A stretch of DNA of 64,000 bases from the human T2T-CHM13v2.0 reference genome, Homo sapiens (GCF_009914755.1 NC_060937.1); one strand, 5' to 3'. Positions 44,355 to 64,000 are shown, counted from the stretch's first letter. Notes: a model not told the origin generated them from the sequence alone. A program made the numbers and translations.

Positions 44355-44878
44355 TACATTAGTCAAGGTTCTCTAGAGAGACAGATCTGTATGTGTGTGT
44401 GTGTGTGTGTGTGTTTGTGTGTGTGTATTATGTATGAAGAGATTTATCATGAGGTATTGGATTACATGCATATGGAGGCTCAGATGTTCCACAGTCTGCT
44501 CTCTGCAAGCTGGTGACCCAGGAAAGCTAGTGATGGAGCTTGAAACTCTCAAGCCAGAGAACCAATGGTATAGATTCCAGTCTGTGTCTGAAGGCCTGAC
44601 AACTAGGAGCACCAAGGGCAGAAGAGGATTGATGTTCTAGCTTAAGCAGACAGGCAGGGAGTAAATTCAACCTTCTTCCATCTTTTTCTTCTATTCAGAT
44701 CTTCATCAGATTGGGTGGTGGCTATCTACATTAGAGAGGACAATCTGCTTTAGTCTACCAATGAAAATGTGAATCTCTTCCAGAAACACTCTTACAGACA
44801 CTTCCAGAAATTATGTTTAAGAAGCTATCTGGGCATCCTATGGCTCAGTCAAGTTGACATGTGAAATTAACCATCATA
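44355..44878 (-). mobile_element. MLT2 (B/C-like) ERVL LTR containing (TG)n at ~44391-44427
   Basis: attagtcaaggttctctagagag...cagtcaagttgacatgtgaaattaaccatca. Confidence 0.9.
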
Positions 44879-44910
44879 CACAGGGACAGCAGTTTTAATA
44901 CCTGGGTAAC

Positions 44911-45262
44911 TATTAGTCCATTTTCACGCTGCTGATAAAGACATACCCAAGACTGGGCAATTTACAAAAGAAAGAGGTTTTATGGACTTACAGTTCCACA
45001 TGGCTGGGGAGTCCTCACAATCATGGCAGAAGACAAGGAGGGACAAGTCACATCTTATGTGGATGGTGGCAGGAAAAGAGACAGAGGGCTCGTTCAGGGA
45101 AACTCCACCTTATAATACTGTCAAATCTCATGAGACTTATTATCATGAGAACAGCATAAGAAAGACCTGTCTCTGTGATTCAATTACCTCCCACTGGGTG
45201 CCTGTCACAACGTGTGGGAATTCAAGATAAGATTTGGGTGGGGACACAGCCAAACCATATCA
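44911..45262 (-). mobile_element. THE1A/B solo LTR
   Basis: perfect TSD GTAAC at 44906-44910 and 45263-45267; terminal dinucleotide absent at the left end. Confidence 0.93.
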
Positions 45263-45536
45263 GTAACCTTTGGTGAGAATGGGGAAAGAACTAGATAAGA
45301 TATGGATAAAGTAAGAGTAATTTCTTTCTAGGCAGGGCAGCAATGGTTACATGGTAATTTTATTCTAAAGAACATTCACAATCTTGTCTGAAACTATTTC
45401 TCAAGCCTTATCTCTACATTTTCTGCATGACCCCATTTTCCTCCTGCAGCATTGGTTTCAGCTAGGCTAACTGGCCATCCCTCATTGTGCCATACATCTA
45501 CTTATTCATTTTTTAATATTTTCATTTCTTTATATA

Positions 45537-46563
45537 CAGGCAGTCCTTGACTTTCAACATTTCACTATGTGTGAATTCAGTTACTGTGGTTTAGTTACAT
45601 GACACCAGTCATCCAGCAACTCAATTCAAAATTTAGTTACAAGGGTATATTAACTATAATAATCATATAAAGCACAAACTTTGCTGCTAGCTCTTCAGTG
45701 CAAAAATCACTACTGAAATAATATATGCACATCATGACTGGTGACCAATCATATTGCTTCCTTCAAAATATGTTGGTAATTGGTCCTTACGCATCTGTTA
45801 CTCAGTTCATGCACAGACAGCAAGTTGTGTTGCTTCCCAATGATAGCCCCATGTGATATTTTAGAAATAGAGATAATTGAAAGAGAAAATTGGTCAACAA
45901 TGATGAAAGTGTAGCAAAAAAAGAAAACTCATAATGCTAAAAGTGAAATTTGAATTGGACATAAATGGAGTTATAGGAGAAATAGTTGCCTGTAGGAATG
46001 TTGATACTGCCACTGTTTGAAAGACTCCAGATGTGCAGCCAGAGAAACTTAGTGAAGGTGAATTTATTGACATAAATGAGGAAAGTGGTTGTGATGAAAG
46101 GATGAAGATGTCCCAGTAGAAGTGTGACATTGGCAAAAAAACTTCACATTAAAAAATTCTTGGGATATTTCTTGACTCTGAAAGCATAAAAGGTTAAGTG
46201 TTGGAAGCTGATTTCCCTTAGAAGGGAATGTGATGAGAAGAAGGAAATGAGAAGACAGAAAACAGTGTTCAAACTACTCTTAAGGTTTTTTTTTACAATA
46301 ATATGAGACACTTTAATTCTCAAAGTTTCCAATATTTAAAATTTCAGTGGACTAAAGAAATATTGATTTTACCATTTTTCATTCTCTTGTTTGTTTAGAA
46401 CTAACAGTAAGACAGTTTTAATGTTTTGAGAAAAAATGTAAAGCTCATAGAAAAATTGTAGTTTTTGTTTTGTTTTGTTTTGATTATTAAGATTGTTTTT
46501 CATAATTTCAGCATGCAGTCATTTTCATGGCCCTACACTATTGTGCAAAGCAAGGACTGCTTA
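45537..46563. mobile_element. Tigger6-like DNA transposon deletion derivative
   Basis: TIRs caggcagtcctt / aaggactgctta with TA flanks; decayed transposase-like segment on + strand ~45870-46220. Confidence 0.75.
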
Positions 46564-46569
46564 TAGATA

Positions 46570-46755
46570 GCATTTTGTGTGCACCTCCATCATAGTGTCA
46601 TGTTTGATTGTCATTATTTATATGTGTCTGTCTCCCACATGAGACCATTGAGCTTTTGTGGAATAGGAACAACGTCATTTCTACATTTCCCCCAAATGCC
46701 TTCTATAGCAACTGGCATATAGCATGCCTGCAACAGTTTTGATGATTGAAAGAAA
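46570..46755 (+). mobile_element. L2 3' end
   Basis: tgtctgtctcccacatgagaccattgagct...ctggcatatagca. Confidence 0.65.
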
Positions 46756-46911
46756 ATATAACTTCTATTTAATCTCAGGAATTTTACATAGGAAGCATAT
46801 TGAACAACATATACTTTCTACATTTGTGTGTATTTGTGTTCAGAATCGTTAAAGAACAGGAGGACTAAGTGATAACTTTGAGAATTTTTACCTTTATAGA
46901 CAAAAGATATT

Positions 46912-47294
46912 TATGTCAATCTGTTTAGTGTTGCTATAACAAAATACCCATGGCAGGTTAATTCATAAAGAAAAAAGGTATATTTGGCTCATGATTCTGG
47001 TGCCTGGAAAGTTCAAGACCAGGAAGCCCATCTGATGAGGGTCTTGTGCTGTTTCAACTCATGATGTGTGCAAAGAGACCAAAGGCAAGAAGAAACAACC
47101 TGCTTTTTTGGTAACTAATCCAGTCCACAAGAGTAAGGACTCACTCCTGAGAGATGGCATTAATCTATTCATGAGGGCTTTTTCCCCCATGACTCAAACA
47201 CTTCCCACTAGGCCCCATGTCCTAACACTGCCACATAGGGGATCAAAATTTAACATAAGTTTTGATGGGGACAAATCTCATCCAAACCATAGCT
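46912..47294 (-). mobile_element. MSTB/MSTC-like solo LTR
   Basis: gttgctataacaaaatacc...attaatctattcatgagggc...catccaaaccatagc. Confidence 0.85.
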
Positions 47295-47789
47295 ATATAT
47301 AAACCCCATCCCTCAGAAAAAAAAGACTGACAAATACCCACTATTAGTTAATTCTTGTGATTATTGAACAAAGAATGCCCTAATAACAATTTATAGATGA
47401 AACTTTTGACTTCAAACTATGAGGAGGAGAAAAAATTTCCTTATTAGGGTTTGTTTGATGAATAAACATCAAAATAAGCACATTCATAGACATAGAGTAT
47501 ATCTAAAACACACTGGATCCAAAGTAGATTTCTATTCTTGGTTATTACTATGTAGTCACTTTTTCTAGTAAGTGGGATTATAGTAGATCTAGAATGCTAT
47601 GGTATCTCACCTGAAATTAATTGTTGGTAAAATGGCAAAAATGGTTGGTGTCTTGCCTTTTATGTAGTCTATTCTCTTTCTCTGCATCTCAAACATCAGA
47701 TCAGTTGTTGAAAGTCATTAGGGAACGTGGATTAGTTGAAAGCAAAAGAGATTTTGCAGCCTGAGGGTTGTTTTGTATTGCTTGTAAGC

Positions 47790-48071
47790 CAGTGATTCTT
47801 AAACTTTCTTCTGAAGTATCACTGAAGTATCATTGACGTGCTGTCTTACCATGCATGACTGGCACATAGCTCATATCACAGGCAGCTAACCATGTGAATT
47901 CAACCACACCAAACTGATCCATATCCTATTTAACAAGATGAGTGCATTGGTCACACACACTTGGATATTGGAGCATGTCAAAGTGCTATAAAAGTTTCTA
48001 GGAGCTTACTTTCAAATTCTGTACTGATCTTGCATTGCACCAATATGTGGTCCATATTTTGAACGGTGCTG
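47790..48071. mobile_element. hAT-Charlie MITE (MER119/Charlie7-like)
   Basis: cagtgattcttaaac...gctataaaagtttcta...gcttactttcaaattctgtact...tttgaacggtgctg. Confidence 0.55.
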
Positions 48072-48614
48072 CTTTATTCTTTATTTATTCTATAAATTCA
48101 GCATTTTGAGCTTCTTGATTATCAAAGACTTTCACCTTCTCCCTTCATCAGCTATTCATTCTCATGATCATGTCCTGTATCATGCTGAGCACAAAGCAGG
48201 TGTTTAAAAAATGTCTATTAGCTGAATAAATAATAAATTTATAAATTTATAAATAAATAACAAATTAATAAATAATGAAGAAATTACAGAATAAAAGAAG
48301 AGTAGCTATGAAGAGAATAGGAATTCAAAAAGTGAGAAGTGAGAGGCAATGAGGGGAGCCTATGCTTAGGTCAAGGCTCTACCTAAGTGTTGCTGGAGGT
48401 GGCATTTTACATTGGGGGTGGATGCTCAGCTACAACCCTATTTGAAATACATCAAGTAACATATGTAATTTTGATTCAGCTAGAATAAAGGTGAGCTCAA
48501 TATTTCTATAAATCTGTCTTTCAAGATTAATTTCACAGCCTTTAAATATCTGTCAACCAGGACTCTTCTGACTCCATGTCATGGAGACTCTTAGAGACTC
48601 TGAGAGTTTTTTAT

Positions 48615-49137
48615 TGTGACTTCTGAGTAGTGTGATAAAATCTTATGCTGTCCCACTTTGTGGGATACACTGAACGGAAGGACGATTTATGTCCTGGGCA
48701 GACGTACAGGATGTAAATCATCCCTTTGTCCCATGTGTCAACACTGTCTGTCCTATCCACTACCCAACACTGTCTGTCCTACCCATCCCTTAGTTATGTA
48801 GCAGTCATGTTGGTTATTATATCAACAGATCACAAGAAGAAAGGTAAGTACAGCACAGTAAGATATTTTGGAAGAACCAGAGAGAGAGAGAGAGAGAGAA
48901 ACTACAGTCACATAACCTTTATTACAGTGTACTATGATGATTGTTCTATTTTGTTATTATTGTTGCTAATCTCTTATTGTACCTAATTTATAAATTAAAG
49001 TTAATCATAGATACGTATGTATAGATAAAAACAGTATATGTAGGTTTCTAAAAACAGTATATGTAGGTATTAGCTGTGATTTCAAGCATCTACTGGAGAT
49101 CTTAAAATATATCTCCACAGATAAGGGGAAAATACTA
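48615..49137 (+). mobile_element. MER44/Tigger7-family element, rearranged, 5' TIR missing
   Basis: ttctgagtagtgtgataaaatct...aatcatccctttgtcc...gataaggggaaaatacta TA. Confidence 0.85.
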
Positions 49138-50989
49138 TATATAATCTATATATTATGTATATCTGTATCCACATTAAAGTTAGAGGAGAATTAAATTATC
49201 AATGAATAAAGAAGTAAATATTTTAACCAGTATCAGTAATTTGCACATACAACTAGGATAATGAATTATAGGATAATGAGCAAAGGAAACATAAAATGCT
49301 TAATGGCCCTGGTACTCACGGCTGTAAAATTCTACTCTGAGTCATGTTTAATTGAAACATATGCTTTCCAACAGTTTTCACGTTGCTTTAAAAAGTTAAC
49401 CTGACAATTTTTTACCTAAAGAAAAGATGGATCAACACATAACAATACATATGTAGAGAGCCTTTTAAATGTAAAATATTGCAGTAGATGAATATAAAGT
49501 AAATAGTCCAAGTTTGGGTTTTTTGAAGAATTTTTGTAATGATCTTGCATTAAAAGAACACTTTGTTGGTAATATCTCTGTGCAAACTCTATTTTCAGTA
49601 TTCAAGTCATATTTATTTTACTCCTGTTAGTCTTCCATTCTCTCCAAAAGAAGCTGAAAAACAGATTAGGCCTCCATTGATAGGCAGCTGGTTTACACAA
49701 CGGTGACATCCTTCTCAGAGTGTTCAAATGAATATGAATCAAGTTATACTGGTGATGAAAGAGGTAAGGAAAGATAGCTTTCTCCTTTCACAGGAGTAAA
49801 TTCTGATAATGTAGGCCATCTAGTTGATTCAGCTTTGGCAGCAAGTTTGAAATTAAGATATTGCAATATGGAGTCAATTTTGACAAAATCAAAAGATTCA
49901 GCGTAGAAATAGAAATAGGAAAGAAACTCCATTAGATAATTACAACAACTTAAGCACCAAAGCTACTAATATCTTTAGTCTTATATGATAGTCCTGGAAA
50001 AGTTGGCTATAAATGGAAAGTAGCTGGAATCCTACTATAAGGGAAATAGGATCAAAAATCCTTTGATCTTTAAAGGATTCTTGCTTTAAAGGAATTATTT
50101 TGGAAACTGAAAGACCTAATTGTACACTGTAATTTAGGCCACTTTCCAGTAATTTATATAATAGCATTTCTTAGATATAATTGAAATAATTTTGATTATA
50201 TGACAGCAAATATATATTAGGTGGTGACAAATCAAAATAACAAAATATAACAAAGATAAAAAAGTCTACAAACAATGTGCCTATATTATATTCATGCTAT
50301 TAAGTATGAATCTTTCATTAAAAGGGGAGAAGTTCTTTCCTTTTTGTTTCTTCATTCAACTGAAGCAAAAATATTAATTTGATAGGTAGTTGCAGCTCCT
50401 TGGTAAGTTTTAAAATCTTCATTCCTTTGAAGTAATTAAGGATTTATAGTACAATTTTGTAATGATAGTTAATACATTTTTAAAACTTAATACAGTTTAA
50501 AATACTCTTTTAGAACCTGTTAGTTAAATGTTTCTTTTCATGTTTCATCTGATTATATGCAACAATTGTGATTTAAATCTGATTTGCACAACTAAAGTAT
50601 TTGGTGGCCATATATAATGGGGAGCTATTAATTATTTTAAATCCATAAATACTATTTTAGAATGGTGAAGTAATGTCTCTTTGAAACACAAAGATAATTG
50701 AATCCAGTTATAATACATCAGTAAATGTGTAGAGCACGGACAACCTCTGAATAGTATCCCAGTATTTTGAGAATTACAAAAGAGGGGACTTACGTTAAAG
50801 ATTCCTGTACCTAATTAATCACTCAGTTTAGTAGAGATATTAGTCTCAGACTAGATTAGGACCACTGATTATAATGAGAAAACAGATTGAGAAGATTCTA
50901 AAGAGACAAAATATTTTATAAGAAATGTAGAATTATTTCTAAATCCCAAAGTGCAATTAGTTTCAGGGCTATTTTTTCCAACATTTGTG

Positions 50990-51150
50990 CCATAAGTTTC
51001 CTTAACAACATTCCTGTCAACCGATCCAGCACCTGCTCACCTTCCTCCTTGAAAGGGAACTCACTATCCCTTAAGGCAGCCCAATTTTGAGGCAGTCAAG
51101 TGGTTCATTTTTCTCATTGATTTGACATCTACCCTTCTAAACTTCTCCCC
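50990..51150 (-). mobile_element. L3/CR1 fragment
   Basis: gggaactcactatcccttaaggcagccca. Confidence 0.55.
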
Positions 51151-51479
51151 AGTGAGACAGCACATCCAAGTAATTGAATAGGACTCATTTTCCAAACTCC
51201 TCCACCCGCCCTAACTTCTATCTATCCTGCCTCTGTTTGCACTAGCCTTGCCGTTCAAATTTTCATTCTCAAGTCTTGAAGTTTGAAAAAGGGAATATAA
51301 ATTATCCTGGAAGATTCTTTTGGGGTCCAATGGAACAAATACTAATAAAAGAAAAGACACCTACTTACTTCTCCCTGGAGAAGTGTATCCACTAAATATA
51401 CTTTTTGTGAATAAAAGAACCCATTGATAAGATTAACTTTCACTAGGCAGCATTGCAAATGCTTGCGTGCAGACATTCT

Positions 51480-51710
51480 GAGCAGAGGACTTGATATTAA
51501 ATTCTGGTTTTGTAATTTGCTAGTTGTGTGACCTTGGGCAAGTGACTTAAGTTCCCTGAACTTAGTGTCCTTATCTGTGAATGGTAATACTTAATGATAG
51601 TACTCTTTTTCCTAGGGTTACTGTTATATGAGGTTTAAAGTATTTAATACAAAGCATTTAAAATGGTGTCAGGTATATAGTAAGCATCCAATAAGTGAAT
51701 GATTAGTGTT
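51480..51710 (+). mobile_element. MIR
   Basis: tagttgtgtgaccttgggcaagtgacttaa...atagtaagcatccaataa. Confidence 0.8.
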
Positions 51711-53944
51711 ATAGAACACATGGAGATGAGAAGAGAGAAGAATTGGGGGAGGAGAGAAGAGTGAGAAAGGAGAGATGGCATGGCAAGGAAAGCAGTGATA
51801 GTCTGCAGACCGTGAAGCTCACACTCTCACCTAGTTTCATTCCTGAAATTGCTCATCCAGAGAAGGTCTCAGCCAGGAGGACTATGGCAAGTGTGAAATG
51901 ATCTAAAAAGTCCAGAGGCTTATACCTGATGCTGTGCATCAGGCTTATACCTAATGCCCTGCTGAATAACATCAGATAAGATTTGGTTGGCTTTTATTTT
52001 ATTTAAAAAAATTTGTATGTTAATTTTTGTTTAGATAATATATTTACATAGTTCAAAACTCTAAAGATACAAGGAGATAGCGAAAAAGTTATCCACCCAC
52101 TCTGTTCCCTATCCACTTAATTCCCCACTCATGTAGCTACCAATTTTATCAAGTTTTCGAATGAGAAGCAGTTATTAGGTGATAGGTAGAGAGAGAGTTC
52201 TTTAATCCCAACTCTCTGATTTTGGAACACAAGGACAGCAAAAAGGCAGTTTGGAGAAATGTTTTCCAAATATGTCTTTGTTACTTGTTTTTTCCATTTT
52301 TAACAGTGGGTAGCTATTCTTTATGAGTGCATTTTGGAAACTGGATAAATTTTTCAAGGATGCTGCTTTGTTAACTTGTCAAGATTTTATGCATTTCACA
52401 CTGACTGTATACATTATTTATACCATAACAGAAAATCTTTTATAAAGAAAAACCAGATACATTATATTTCATGTAGGCTTTGATCTATGAATTTGTCTTA
52501 GGCTTGTGTTTCAAAAAAGAAAAAAACAGCCAGATGCAGTTTTATCTATCAAACCTAGCTTCCTTAACAAAGTCTGGGGAAATCAAATCATATCACATTG
52601 GGTTGATTTCACTTTTTTAGACAGTACATAGAAGGGTAAAAGGTCTCTGATTCTATCAAATATGCCCTGAAAAATAAATCTTGTGATTTGTTCATCTTCT
52701 CTCCATCTATCAAAATGAAACTAATAAACAGCCCCAGATGCAGCAGTAGAAAGAGTAACAGTTTTTTTTTTCCACACCAACCCAGTAGAAACTAATATCT
52801 TCCAGAAAGGGGGCTGATTGTCAGTTTCCCCTCATGGCCAACTCCCCTGACTTGAGAAAGATAAAAGTGAAAGAGTGGAAGTACTAAACTCTTCTATTGG
52901 CAGGGCTTCACTGGTAAATATTGGATTTCACCTAAAAGTTAAATTGTGGACATATACTGAACTGGTGAATAGTGGCATGCACCATGAATTTTCTCTTCCT
53001 GTTATTTTGTGAATAAAAAAAAAGTACTTGTAAGCTTTAGCTTTACAAGCAAGTGATGACATAGCAATCACTGCACTGTACAACTCTGAAATCCTATTGC
53101 GCAGGCACTGCGGGGTGGCAGGATTGGGGGTGGTGGTGAGGAAATGTTGGTTTTTGCTGTAATAATAATGCATTTAAAAGAAATTCTCAAAATCTCTGTT
53201 AACCAAAATAACAAACAGTCATTCTCAGTCTAGGGTATATCCAGGAATGGGAATATTTCATGATTTGGCACAGATTCTAATCTCTGGGAAGAGCTCCTTT
53301 ATTTCTCAAACTTTATAGTCCCCAGCTTTGCATTCTTGGTAGTTTATTTGCTCTTATTCTTCCTGGCCACTTCAGAAGTTTTAGAAGTTGGCATTGGGTA
53401 ATATGCACACCTTGGGGGCTGTAGAACTTTTTGTCTACTTCCTGCTCAAGGAAGTTTTGAGAACCTAAGGGTTATTTTAAATATTCAACAGGTCATAGGA
53501 TCTTTTTGTTGGTAGGGATGTCTAAGCTTTAACTTCTCTGGCACTACAAATCTCACAAGTTTTACTACATAATCTATTTTTATTCTAGTCGTTTCCAAAT
53601 TCCAGAAATTACAACCACAGTTCTTTTTGAGACTATTTCACAGATTTGTTACATATTTTTGCTTTCTCTCTTTTAATAATAGATAGTGCCCTTCTGGAGG
53701 AAAGCTATGCCCTTAATTTTATCTTTTCCAAGAGCCTCTTTACCCACTGTCAGGTTTTACTGGGGGCTATATGCACAGTCTGATTATTTTTTAACTGTGG
53801 CTTATTTATGCATCAAGAGGTTTGTTTTAATGGATCTTTCTCAATTTTGTCTCTTTCTGTTTGGGCTTTCAAAGCAATTGGCCTTCCAGTATTGAAAAAT
53901 CTTGATTGCTGGAATCTTTCTCTTTGGTCATTTTTTTTCGTCTT

Positions 53945-56572
<2,628 letters not shown>

Positions 56573-56660
56573 TCCTTAGTTGAGTTTTTTCTCTTTATTT
56601 TGCAATATCTTGACAAATATAGACAGTAGCAATGTCTTTTTCCAATGTCTTCTTTAAGAC

Positions 56661-56855
56661 CAGAGTCTCTCAACCACATGGACATCTGGGCAGGAACATT
56701 CTTTATTGTCAGGGGTTATCCCGGGCATTGTAGGAAATTCAGCAGCATCTCAAACCTCTATCCACTAGCACCCTCCCAATCGTGACAATCAAAAATATCT
56801 CCAGACATTACCAATGTCCCCTTTGTAGCAAAAATTGCACATTTGAGAATCACTG
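56661..56855 (+). mobile_element. MER20
   Basis: cagagtctctcaacc...tctccagacattacca...ttgagaatcactg. Confidence 0.85.
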
Positions 56856-56999
56856 TTCTAGAGCCACAAGCACATTGGGTATGCTGTCTGTTTTATGAGT
56901 TATATACATTAGGCATCATTTTAATTTAATGTTTTGTCACTGGAGCCTCTGATATCTTTTTTCTTTTTCCTGCTGACACAGGACTGCCAAGCCAATGTG

Positions 57000-57416
57000 A
57001 CATGTTTTAGGTGTTTGTAACAGAAGCAGTCAACTTGCATGAATAATTTCTATATTAAGCAAGGCAATTCATTGGCTTTACATCTAACAAATGTTCTTTC
57101 TACTCTCATTTTAAATGTATAATGGATTGGCAGGGTGGAGGGGAGATGTCTCTGATCTACAGTCACTCAGGTACCCTGGCTGATGGAGGCTCCATGATGT
57201 TAAAATGGCATCATCTGGAACATGCAACCTTTCTCAGTGTAAGTAGCAAACATCTGGAGCTCTCTCCCACCTCTTTTACGTTTTTTCTTGTAGATAATAC
57301 ATGTCACTTCCACTCCCAGCCCATTGGCCACATAGAATGATCTAACAGAAGTCTTATCTTCACGTCCAAAGGAGAAGAGATTAAGATATTACTAAGTACC
57401 CATAATATCTACCACA
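57000..57416 (-). mobile_element. old MLT1 (K/L-like) LTR
   Basis: cagtcactcaggtaccctggctgatggaggctcca...cagcccattggcca...atctaccaca. Confidence 0.6.
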
Positions 57417-58065
57417 AATTGTTAGCGATGGAATTATATTTATTTCAATAGTTAACATAGAGTTAAATTGCCTTATTTATTGATGCATCTGGGGTGTAGA
57501 GTTTTATCACATGTATGGATTACCATACCTACCCCCACAATCAGAACACAGAACAGTTCCGTCACTCCCATATGGCCTCTTTGTAGTCTTAGCCTCCCCT
57601 AATCCCTGGCAAGTACTGATCTGTTTCCTGTTACTATGCTTTTGACCTTTTCAGCATTTATATGCTTTTTACATATAAGTGGAATCATATATTAATAGTA
57701 TGTAACATATGGAAACTGGCTTCTTTTAGAGAGCTTAATGTTTTGATTCATCCGTGATGTTGGGTGTATACATGGCATGTTCCTTTTTATTGCTGAGTAG
57801 TATTCCATTGCACAGATGTACCAGTTTGTTCATCCATTCATTGTTTGAAGGATATTTGGGTTATTTCCAACTTTGAACCAGTATGAATAGAGCTGTTATA
57901 ATCATTCATACATGGGTATTTTATATGGCATAACTTTTCCATTTCTCTAGGATGTAAACACCTAAGAGTAGAATCATTGGGTCACATGGTAAGAGTACAT
58001 TTTACTTTGTAAGATACAGCCAAAACTGTTTCCCGAAGTGGCTGCACCGTTTTATATCATGACCA

Positions 58066-58451
58066 TGTATTAGTCAGCTCAGGCTCCCATAACACAGTAT
58101 ACCACAGACTGGTGTCTTAAATAGCAGAAGTTTATTTTTTTTCACAGTTCTGAAGTCTGGGAGTCCAAGTTCAAGGTTCTGCCCAATTTGGATTCTGACG
58201 AGGGCTCTCTTCCTGGCTTGCAGACAGCTACCTTCTAGGTGTATCCTCACAAGTGGAGAAAGAAAGAGAGAGCTGCCTGGTGTCTCTTCTTAAGAGATAA
58301 TAGTCCCGTTGGATCAGGCAACACCCTTATGAATTCATTCAACCTTAATTTCTTCCTTGGAGGCCCCAACCATCTCCAAATACAGCCATATTGGCATTAG
58401 GGCTTCATCATATGAATTTGGATTGGGTAATACAAACATTCAGTTCATAAC
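58066..58451 (-). mobile_element. MLT1A/A0 solo LTR
   Basis: tgtattagtcagctcaggct...ttagggcttcatcatatgaattt...cattcagttcataac. Confidence 0.88.
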
Positions 58452-58527
58452 CAGCAATGTGAGAAGTTCCAAATGCACTTCATCCTCCCCAGCACATGTT
58501 ATTGTGAGATTTTTAAAAATTTGGTCA

Positions 58528-61967
<3,440 letters not shown>

Positions 61968-62156
61968 TATAATTGGATAGGGAAAGAAGAGGGGCTTCTA
62001 AGGTTCTGGAACATCCTAATTTTAACCTGGGTCAGGGGGTGGTGACAGGGTAGTGTATTTTCTTATTTTTCCTTGAACGGTATACAAATGCTTTTTACAC
62101 TCTTTTGTATGTATAATATATCTCACAAAAAGAAAAAAATTCAATGCAAGACAGAA
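61968..62156 (+). other. putative L1 3' transduced segment (resembles an ancient L1ME 3'UTR)
   Basis: lies between the L1PA poly(A) and the right TSD. Confidence 0.75.
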
Positions 62157-62546
62157 AAATATTTGGTCATTCTAATAGATCTGTAGTGGTATTCAAAATA
62201 GTTTTAATTTGTATTTTTCTAATGGCTAAGGATGTTCAACATCTTTTCATCTACTTATTGCCATCACAATACCTTCTTTGATAAAGTACTTTTTCAAGTC
62301 TTTTACTCTTTTTTTTTTTTTTTTTTACAACTTGAGTTGTTGATTTCTTATTATTGAGCTTGGAGAGTATAAAAAATATATTCTAGATACAAGCCTATTC
62401 CCAGGTCATAAAATTTTTTCTCGTGTGTTTTATATTAGATTTATGTTTTTAAGTTTTACATTTAAATCTGTGACATATTTTATGTTAATCCTTTTATGAG
62501 TGTTTAGTTTAGGTATCAAGGTTCTTTTTTTGAGGGGGATATGGAT

Positions 62547-63186
<640 letters not shown>

Positions 63187-64000
63187 TGAATATACACTTC
63201 TTCCATCACTTTTGAAAAGAGTATTTTTTCTCCATTGAATTGGCGTGGACCTTTGACAAAAAGTGTGGGTCTATTTCTAGATAATTTGTTCTGCTTGAAT
63301 GATTTATGTGCTTATACTTTAGCCAGTTCCACACTGCCTTGATTACTGAAGCTTTATAGAAAGTCTTAAAATCAGACGGTGTGAGTACTCCAAATACATT
63401 CTTTCAAAACTGTTTGGCTTTCCCTTTGCCTTTCAGTGTAAGATTTAAAATAAGTTTCTCTACGTAAAAAACTAAACTCTTGCTGATATTTTGACTTTCC
63501 AAAATTAATGCAAAATTGCATTAAATCTGTAGATCAGTTTGGAAAGAATTGACATCTTAACTATATTGAATCTTCCATTGAGTCCTCCTGTTTATGGAGT
63601 CTTCCATTCCATAAAGAGGGTGTGTCTCTTCATTTACTTCAGTCTTCTTTGATTTATTTTATCAGTGTTTTGAAGTCATCTGCATATAAATCTTGCCATG
63701 TTTTGTTAGATTTATACTTCAATATTTCCAAAAACACCTTAGAGTATTGTAAATGTTACGTATTTTTCAAACTTGATTTGTGTTGACTTTATTTTTTTTA
63801 TTTTTGATCCATTCCTAAATAACAGGTTATGTTGACTTTATATTTTCAAAACTTATTAAACTCACTTATTGGTTCTGGAAATTTCTTAATAGACCTCCCC
63901 TTAAGGTTTTCTTAGGATTTTCTCCATAGACTATTATCTCATCTAAAAATAGGGACATTTAAATTTTTTCCATTAAAGTCTATATGTCTTTTTTTTCTTA

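Noticed and set aside
45870-46220. Domesticated Tigger transposase gene
   Set aside because: Short, internally deleted and interrupted by stops.

Overview
Primate (human-like) non-coding genomic DNA: AT-rich and dominated by decayed transposons (L1 of several ages, AluJ/S/Y, MIR, L2, L3, MaLR/ERVL/ERV1 solo LTRs, hAT and Tigger DNA transposons). I found no intact protein-coding gene, RNA gene or CpG island. The only protein-like ORFs are broken L1 ORF2 remnants. I did not find a new biological system. The best observations are mechanistic fossils. The main one is a single TSD-bounded L1PA insertion (58533-62156) combining a twin-priming 5' inversion, a nested AluY and an apparent ~190 bp 3' transduction. 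Others are a templated micro-insertion in a neighbouring L1, a tiny poly(A)/TSD insertion of unknown origin, several local duplications, and a candidate 120-nt plus-strand exon. Repeat subfamily names come from recalled consensus sequences and need RepeatMasker/Dfam confirmation. Boundaries of old elements are approximate.
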